Positions 58,452-64,000 of a DNA stretch of 64,000 nt are shown here, one piece after another. Source of the stretch: Candidatus Lustribacter sp. (GTDB lineage: Bacteria > Vulcanimicrobiota > Vulcanimicrobiia > Vulcanimicrobiales > Vulcanimicrobiaceae); contig OZ255842.1 in the NCBI GenBank assembly GCA_965277805.1, positions 3,456,001-3,520,000 on the forward strand, written 5' to 3'. Position numbers and translations under genes: made by a program. The first letter of the stretch is position 1. Each line of letters begins with the position of its first letter. The notes under the pieces are model-generated. The model was not told where the DNA came from, searched no databases, and saw only the letters and a program-made list of their open reading frames with translations.

Positions 58452-58751
58452 TTAGCGTTTTGCGCTGCGCTTCACGGCGCCGGCATTCATGAGCGTGATC
58501 GAGAGATACGCGCCGATCCAGGAACCGATCGCTGCGAAAATGACGTACACCCAGTTTCGGGTGTAGCTGATGACCGCAAACGAGGAGAGCAAATACCACG
58601 CACTGCTCCAGCTTGCCGCGGCGATGCGGTTGCGGCTCGAAACCGCTGCCGTAAATGCAACGTACACGGCATCGGTTGTCGCAGTACTTACGATCACACC
58701 CAGCGCAAGCCACGGCTGGATCAGCGCGAGTTGCCCGAGCAGCGCATTCAT
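58452..58751 (-). CDS. Small integral membrane protein (99 aa)
   Basis: About three hydrophobic segments and a basic C-terminus. Confidence 0.65.
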   Translation of the reverse strand: MNALLGQLALIQPWLALGVIVSTATTDAVYVAFTAAVSSRNRIAAASWSSAWYLLSSFAVISYTRNWVYVIFAAIGSWIGAYLSITLMNAGAVKRSAKR

Positions 58752-58829
58752 CCGGCTTGAAGCGAAATCGGGCAGCCCGAAAGCAGCGTCTTCTGAGTCT
58801 CCATGACAGTATCAGTGTGCAGCACCGCG

Positions 58830-60740
58830 TTAAAGCCTGCCGCGTGGCTTCGTCTCGGGACCGGGCACCGGTGCCGCCTGCATCGGGTCTTGCGGCGCCG
58901 GCCTTAATTTGAGCCAGCCGCCAGTCACTGCCACAACGCGTAAAAGCCGCTGACCGAGCCTCGCCTGCGCAGCCGATGCCCAAGGAAACGGCTTCATCGC
59001 CCCCGCCATCGTCTGCTCATATGGTGCGACCGAGGTTGCGTCATGGACCGCGCGCGCGTACTCGTCGAACACGACGAGTGTGGAGCGTAGGCGCGTTACA
59101 CGCTGCTCTTCCCACCTCGTCGTCGGAGCCTGTAACGGAGGCGCGAAGAACTGTTGGATCAATTCATCGCCGGCTTGCGCTCCGTCTTGCATGAGCGTCT
59201 TGATCGTTGTGTCCGCCATGGCAAGATTGAGGCCGCCCTGAGTCGCGTCGAGTTGGATCTCGACGACGCGCTCGCGGTAACCCGATAGCTGCATGAGTAT
59301 ATTGTCATTCCAGTTCTGCATTGCGTCCAGAACCGCGGCCAGGAACGAGGGAAGACGATTGCCTCCCGACTCCGAAACTTCGTTGACGTCAGGGGCATTC
59401 GCGTCGGCCATTGCCACTCGCTTTGCGGAACCAGGTACGACGTTGCGCAAATTGAGAGCAAATGTCGGCCAACGCGGCAGCGGATTGTCGAAGAACTGGA
59501 TCGGTAGGTTGCTCGAAATTCCGCCATCGCTGAACCAACACTTTTGGGGCGGCGTCTGCTGCGGATTAGCAGCTTTGGGAACCGCATAGAGGGGAATTGC
59601 GCTGAAGAGAAGCGGAAACGACAGGCTCATCCGCGCCGCCATGACCACGGGAAAGTCTTCAGGGGGTGGCAGCGGGTCCAACACGACGGCTTGCTTCGTT
59701 TCGGGATCGGTGTAACGTTCTTGCGGAAGCCCCGCGTTCTTCGAAGTAACGAGCAAGTGCTGCACAACTTGCGGCGGAAACAGATCTGCCATCTCACGCT
59801 GATCGAAATAGTACGTGTACAGGTTGAGCGGGCTAAACGGCAATCGATAAGGTCGCCCGATCGTCACATTCGTCGTCACCATTTCGAGGTTGATCGACCG
59901 GCAACCGCGGTTTTGGAGATCGTCCAAGTAATCGTTGCCCGTTGTCGTGCATTCTGACATGACGCCACCCGGCAGCCACGGTGCTTTCGCCCCCCAAAGG
60001 TCACCGAACGTCAGGGGCGCCGGCCCGGGAAGATTTGCGTATGCGTTGATCTTTTGGTAGAGCCACGTCGTCAGCGGAAGCGGCTTTCCGCGCTGTTGCG
60101 AAATACCAGTGCACATCCCGAAGTAATTTTCCGGAACCCTCGTCCGTATTGTACGCCAGAGGCCGAACGAGACACCGAGCGTCGCCGCTAGGCCGGCAAA
60201 GGGCACCGTCAGCAGGAGCGCCCATGAGAATGCCGCGGGCGAGTTAAGGAGGCTTCTCTGAATCGGAAACGCCAGTGCTTCCGTTAGGAGGACCAGACCG
60301 ACCGACCACGGCCAATACGATCGGAAAGCCCGAAGAACGATCGCGGGTATCGGTCGATTCTGGGTTGCAGCGAGTAGCGCGTCAAATAGCGGCTTTGTCG
60401 CCATCGACGGTTGAAATAAATTCAGTAAGCCGTTGTTCTGCGCGAGAAAAATCGGCAGCGCCGCGAGCTGCTTAAACCCGTCGCCACCGGCACGTCGGCT
60501 ATACTCTGCCGCGGCCCCCAACGCAGCGGCGATGGCACCGGCGGACGTCCCGCCGATATTCCGGAACAAATAGCGTTGCGCGAGCCGGCAAATGGCAAGC
60601 GGATACACTACGCCACTCGTGACCCCCCCTTTCATTACGACGTCGCAGAACGGGGTGTCTGGCGAGTTGGGATACGTCGCGTCGATGTACGGCTGCGCGA
60701 TCTGCTCGGGTGACAGTTGCGCCGCGTCTACCAGTTCCAC
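58830..60740 (-). CDS. Patatin-like phospholipase with internal transmembrane hairpin
   Basis: DVVMKGGVTSG, GTSAG nucleophile, ARMSLSFP, DGG catalytic Asp; two hydrophobic segments mid-protein; start likely GTG 60740 overlapping the upstream gene end. Confidence 0.88.
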   Translation of the reverse strand: MELVDAAQLSPEQIAQPYIDATYPNSPDTPFCDVVMKGGVTSGVVYPLAICRLAQRYLFRNIGGTSAGAIAAALGAAAEYSRRAGGDGFKQLAALPIFLAQNNGLLNLFQPSMATKPLFDALLAATQNRPIPAIVLRAFRSYWPWSVGLVLLTEALAFPIQRSLLNSPAAFSWALLLTVPFAGLAATLGVSFGLWRTIRTRVPENYFGMCTGISQQRGKPLPLTTWLYQKINAYANLPGPAPLTFGDLWGAKAPWLPGGVMSECTTTGNDYLDDLQNRGCRSINLEMVTTNVTIGRPYRLPFSPLNLYTYYFDQREMADLFPPQVVQHLLVTSKNAGLPQERYTDPETKQAVVLDPLPPPEDFPVVMAARMSLSFPLLFSAIPLYAVPKAANPQQTPPQKCWFSDGGISSNLPIQFFDNPLPRWPTFALNLRNVVPGSAKRVAMADANAPDVNEVSESGGNRLPSFLAAVLDAMQNWNDNILMQLSGYRERVVEIQLDATQGGLNLAMADTTIKTLMQDGAQAGDELIQQFFAPPLQAPTTRWEEQRVTRLRSTLVVFDEYARAVHDATSVAPYEQTMAGAMKPFPWASAAQARLGQRLLRVVAVTGGWLKLRPAPQDPMQAAPVPGPETKPRGRL

Positions 60741-62542
60741 TGGTCCACAACCTCGTTCGACGGCAAGCCGAGTTCCGCGCACAGCCAGAGCGCTGCCTGA
60801 GCCCGCGTCATGCTCGCGCTCGGCCACGGGAGCACCTTTCCGGCGTGATCGTTCACGGCGTCACGTTCGCTCTGCGTTATGGGATCGGAGGGACGGAAGT
60901 GCAGCGAGTTCGGGTCGCTCAGAAAGCCACGCACACCCAGCAGATGCGCTGCTGCAAACGTCTTCGGATCGTCAAACGTAACGTCGTCCCACCAGAAAAT
61001 CGGCGTTCCGTATTCGAGAAGACGCAGCTGCAACGCGGCAAGGCGAGCAGTGTTTCCGTGCGCATCGGCCGGCATAACGCCTTGACCAACACAGTATGCG
61101 GCCAAGGTACCGGCAGCTTCCCCGATGGCCCATTCTCCCGGATGAACGCGATATGCCCCGCTCGTGATGTGCGTGGCTCCGATATTCTTGCACGCTGCGA
61201 TCACATTGGATGCGTCGGTTGGGATAAGGGAGCCCAGGGGAATCTGGAACGGCCTGACGCTGATGCCGCCCACCCACGGTGTTCCGGGCGGCCCGTAACA
61301 TTGATGCACGTCAATGCCGTAATAGCAGATCCCGCATGAATCCGCGAAGTTCATCGGCGCACGGGCAAGTGGAGACTTGCTGTCTTCCACGGAAATGTGC
61401 TGCTCGAGGACGCGGACGATGGGGTGCGCGAGGCGGCGTGACTCGCGGATGTACGCCTGCGGAGCCGTTCCATCTTCGCGACCGAAGATATCGGTCCGCA
61501 CTTTTAGATTCGGGTAGCCCTTCCCCGGGCTTCCATCGTCGTGTGGCGCTTCGGTTTGCAGCCAGTACAGATACGCCAGCGAAGCGCCGCGCGCGGCCTC
61601 GACGATGGCGGCATCGGCGGCATCATCTCCAGTGGGGATGACGGCCGCTTGGTAATCGTTGCAGCCGACATTGATGACGCTCCGGTCGTTCGGGTAGTCC
61701 GCGTCGGCAAAATTTGCGTGATCGAGATACTGACGATAATTGAATATCGTTTCCCACTCCGGATGATCGGAATGTGCCGACGAGAGCACACCGCCGATGT
61801 AGCCGTTGCGATTGTCGTACATCTGAAAGTCCTGTGCCTCGATCAGCTCCGGCGTGTAGGCGCCCGGCTTCGCGATCACATGATTCTCACCGGCCGGACA
61901 GCGTTCGACGGCAATGGACACGGTGATTGGCTGAATGTGGCCCGGATTCGGGGTCGGCTCCGCGTGCGGCTCGTCCGTGTCGCTTTTTGCTTCTGCGCCG
62001 ATGACCCAGCTGATGCCGGCTTTCGGAAGGAGTCGACCGAGGTCGGTCGCATCGACGAAGATTTTGCCGCTCATCGTATCGCCGTTTGACAGTACGAGCG
62101 AGGTTACGTGCCCGTCGTTGACGTTGACCGTCGCCACATCCGTACGAAGCATCACCGTAACGTTCGAAGCCACGTCCTTCAGCAATTGCTCCAACACTGT
62201 TTGGGTGACGTTGCAATCAGCTGAAAACGGATGGCCCGAGCTAGAGAAACCGGGGTTGAACTCCTGGCCGTTGACGCCGGCCGCAAGAACTGCGTTCGAG
62301 CGATACCAGCCCCTAATGTCGTCTTTCAGTAACTGATACGATTTTGAGCTTCCGTACCTGTTCGGCGAACTGATCTCCGCCGTTTCGTCCCAGCGTGTCA
62401 ATCCTTGCGTCGTCGCCTGCCCACCCACGCCTTCGCCGGAATCAACAAGAACAATACTCTTGCCGTAACGCGCACCGGCAAGAGCGGCCGATACGCCGCC
62501 AAAGCTGGCGCCGAGGATCACGATATCGTATTCGCGCGTCAT
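60728..62542 (-). CDS. FAD-dependent oxidoreductase (PF12831-like) with C-terminal SLH-like segment
   Basis: YDIVILGASFGGVSAA, VGGQATTQG, FVDATDLG, YIRESRR, PFQIPLGSLIP, KNIGATHITSGAYRVHP; start ATG 62542 (ATGA overlap). Confidence 0.88.
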   Translation of the reverse strand: MTREYDIVILGASFGGVSAALAGARYGKSIVLVDSGEGVGGQATTQGLTRWDETAEISSPNRYGSSKSYQLLKDDIRGWYRSNAVLAAGVNGQEFNPGFSSSGHPFSADCNVTQTVLEQLLKDVASNVTVMLRTDVATVNVNDGHVTSLVLSNGDTMSGKIFVDATDLGRLLPKAGISWVIGAEAKSDTDEPHAEPTPNPGHIQPITVSIAVERCPAGENHVIAKPGAYTPELIEAQDFQMYDNRNGYIGGVLSSAHSDHPEWETIFNYRQYLDHANFADADYPNDRSVINVGCNDYQAAVIPTGDDAADAAIVEAARGASLAYLYWLQTEAPHDDGSPGKGYPNLKVRTDIFGREDGTAPQAYIRESRRLAHPIVRVLEQHISVEDSKSPLARAPMNFADSCGICYYGIDVHQCYGPPGTPWVGGISVRPFQIPLGSLIPTDASNVIAACKNIGATHITSGAYRVHPGEWAIGEAAGTLAAYCVGQGVMPADAHGNTARLAALQLRLLEYGTPIFWWDDVTFDDPKTFAAAHLLGVRGFLSDPNSLHFRPSDPITQSERDAVNDHAGKVLPWPSASMTRAQAALWLCAELGLPSNEVVDQWNW

Positions 62543-63522
62543 CGTGGTGGCTGATCGGTGCGTTTGGGCTTGCGCCCGGCCGCCCGGACGTTGGCAAGCG
62601 AAGAAAGGGCCTCGAACCAGAACGGGCCGCCAAGCCATACGGCTAGCCACGTCAAGGCGAGTCCGGGCCAGCGCAGGGAACCACTGCTCCAAGCCCAGTT
62701 ATTCCAAAAATCCGGACGTGGGCTCGCGAATTGCGTCATGTCGAAAGGCGAGGCTCCGAGGTTGACGCTCAATCCGGCTGATGTGGCCAACTTGGCCAAC
62801 GAGTCCGGATCCGTTGCGGAGAGCACTTTGACGACCGCGATGCTATCCACGCCGGAAACAGACACGAGCAGCAGAGCGATGAAGAACAGAATGGTTTTCG
62901 TCCGACGTTTATACCACCCCGACACGCGGTCCATTTGGGCGCTGAACCAGGAATCCGTCGTGCGCAGAAGCTTTTCGTAATCGTCCCCGCCGGCTGTTAT
63001 GAGTGCAAGCAAACTCTTTTGTACTGGGCTCGGATGCATGTCGGCGACCGTACTCTTCAACGCGGTTATCGCCGCAGTCGGATTAGCGATTGCAACGAGC
63101 TGCGCGAGCTCACTCGATTGCTGTGCTGCTGCGTCGGGGGTATTCGGGCCGCTGGGCGCCTTGGCCGCAGTATAGACCACTTGCCAGAATGCAAGTGAAA
63201 AGTTCCGCGCGTCCAAGTATGACGGCGGACCGCTGCCGACAACGTTCAGGAAGCGCCGGAAGCCGTTGACGTCGGGAGTTTCAGCGACTTTTAGCTGTGG
63301 CTTCGGCGAGGTATTGAGAACGAGTGGGTGATTAAAGATTTTGGCCGCGATATCGTCGCCGCCGGCAAGCGCGGAGACGCCGCGAAACAAATCCCATCCG
63401 CGCAACGCCAATCGGGACGCGATCCATTCGTGAATCCACGAAGAAACGCAAGCCAACGACGCATATATTGCGAATAACACGATCGCAATGTCGAGTACCT
63501 GGTTCAAAGATAGCGCGCCCAC
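62539..63522 (-). CDS. Hypothetical membrane protein
   Basis: LDIAIVL...EWIASRLALRG, PSYL, WFSAQMDRVSGWYKRR, LGGPFWFEAL...NVRAAG; about three TM segments. Confidence 0.78.
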   Translation of the reverse strand: MGALSLNQVLDIAIVLFAIYASLACVSSWIHEWIASRLALRGWDLFRGVSALAGGDDIAAKIFNHPLVLNTSPKPQLKVAETPDVNGFRRFLNVVGSGPPSYLDARNFSLAFWQVVYTAAKAPSGPNTPDAAAQQSSELAQLVAIANPTAAITALKSTVADMHPSPVQKSLLALITAGGDDYEKLLRTTDSWFSAQMDRVSGWYKRRTKTILFFIALLLVSVSGVDSIAVVKVLSATDPDSLAKLATSAGLSVNLGASPFDMTQFASPRPDFWNNWAWSSGSLRWPGLALTWLAVWLGGPFWFEALSSLANVRAAGRKPKRTDQPPR

Positions 63523-63747
63523 CGCACACCCCCAGCCAGGGTTGATCTGAGCTACCGCGGCCCCTTATCTGACGCCATTTGCTTTCCTGCAAAGCTGGGG
63601 CAACCAAGCGTTGCTTCAGGAGATCCGGTCCCGACGGTATCGTAACCCCAACGCTGACCGCGCTAGGCTTAGGGTCCGAAGAGGGCGGAACCCCGTCACG
63701 GTGGTACCTACCGGATGACGTTTCTCATTCCGTCCCGGAGGAAATCC

Positions 63748-64000
63748 ATGCGCATTGCATCTCCGTCGGCTCTTGGTACGCTTTCCGAGAACAACACGGT
63801 GACTCTCGACAATACGTGCGTGAGCCTGTCCGGCGACGATGCCCGCGTTTGGGCGTTGTGCGACGGCCAGCGCTCGCTAGAGGAGCTTCGCCTAGCCCTC
63901 GCCCTCGACGCGGAGGCGATCTTTGCTGCGCTCGACCGCCTTGCAGACCTCGGCCTGGTTAACCGCCGCGTGACGCCCCCCGCCGGCTCCTCCTCGATGT
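63748..64000 (+). CDS. PqqD/RiPP recognition element (RRE)-like protein (runs off window)
   Basis: Not in ORF track. GGAGG RBS then ATG 63748: MRIASPSALG...LSGDDARVWALCDGQRSLEEL...ALDRLADLGLVNRRVTPPAG. Confidence 0.72.
   Translation, partial: MRIASPSALGTLSENNTVTLDNTCVSLSGDDARVWALCDGQRSLEELRLALALDAEAIFAALDRLADLGLVNRRVTPPAGSSSM

Noticed and set aside
58830-63522. Calling the patatin operon a CBASS system
   Set aside because: No CD-NTase, Cap2/Cap3 or other CBASS component is visible in the window
63579-63962. 127-aa ORF in the provided track
   Set aside because: Low-complexity Arg/Pro-rich product; the overlapping frame from ATG 63748 has an RBS and an RRE-like motif

Overview
High-GC bacterial DNA. 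The lineage is possibly Eremiobacterota/Vulcanimicrobiia, inferred from the YVSPSTQS-type lipoprotein and the many stand-alone substrate-binding proteins (SBPs); this is unverified. No rRNA, tRNA, CRISPR array or transposase was seen. A surface-protein locus dominates the window (2.7-30.6 kb). There, a 1190-aa Ig-like (Big_3) repeat protein with an unusual internal lipobox is translationally coupled to a 7956-aa Gly-rich repeat autotransporter, which ends tail-to-tail with an IalB-family gene. The remainder is an accessory catabolic region: eight orphan ABC SBPs, two Rieske oxygenases, two luciferase-like monooxygenases (LLM), TauD, a FAH-family hydrolase, two MarR regulators with palindromic operators, a glycosyltransferase, a frameshifted old yellow enzyme and two lipoproteins. 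At the right end lie an apparently lower-GC operon (membrane protein, FAD oxidoreductase, patatin, small membrane protein) and a truncated PqqD/RRE-like gene. All calls are from motif recognition by eye; no database searches were run.
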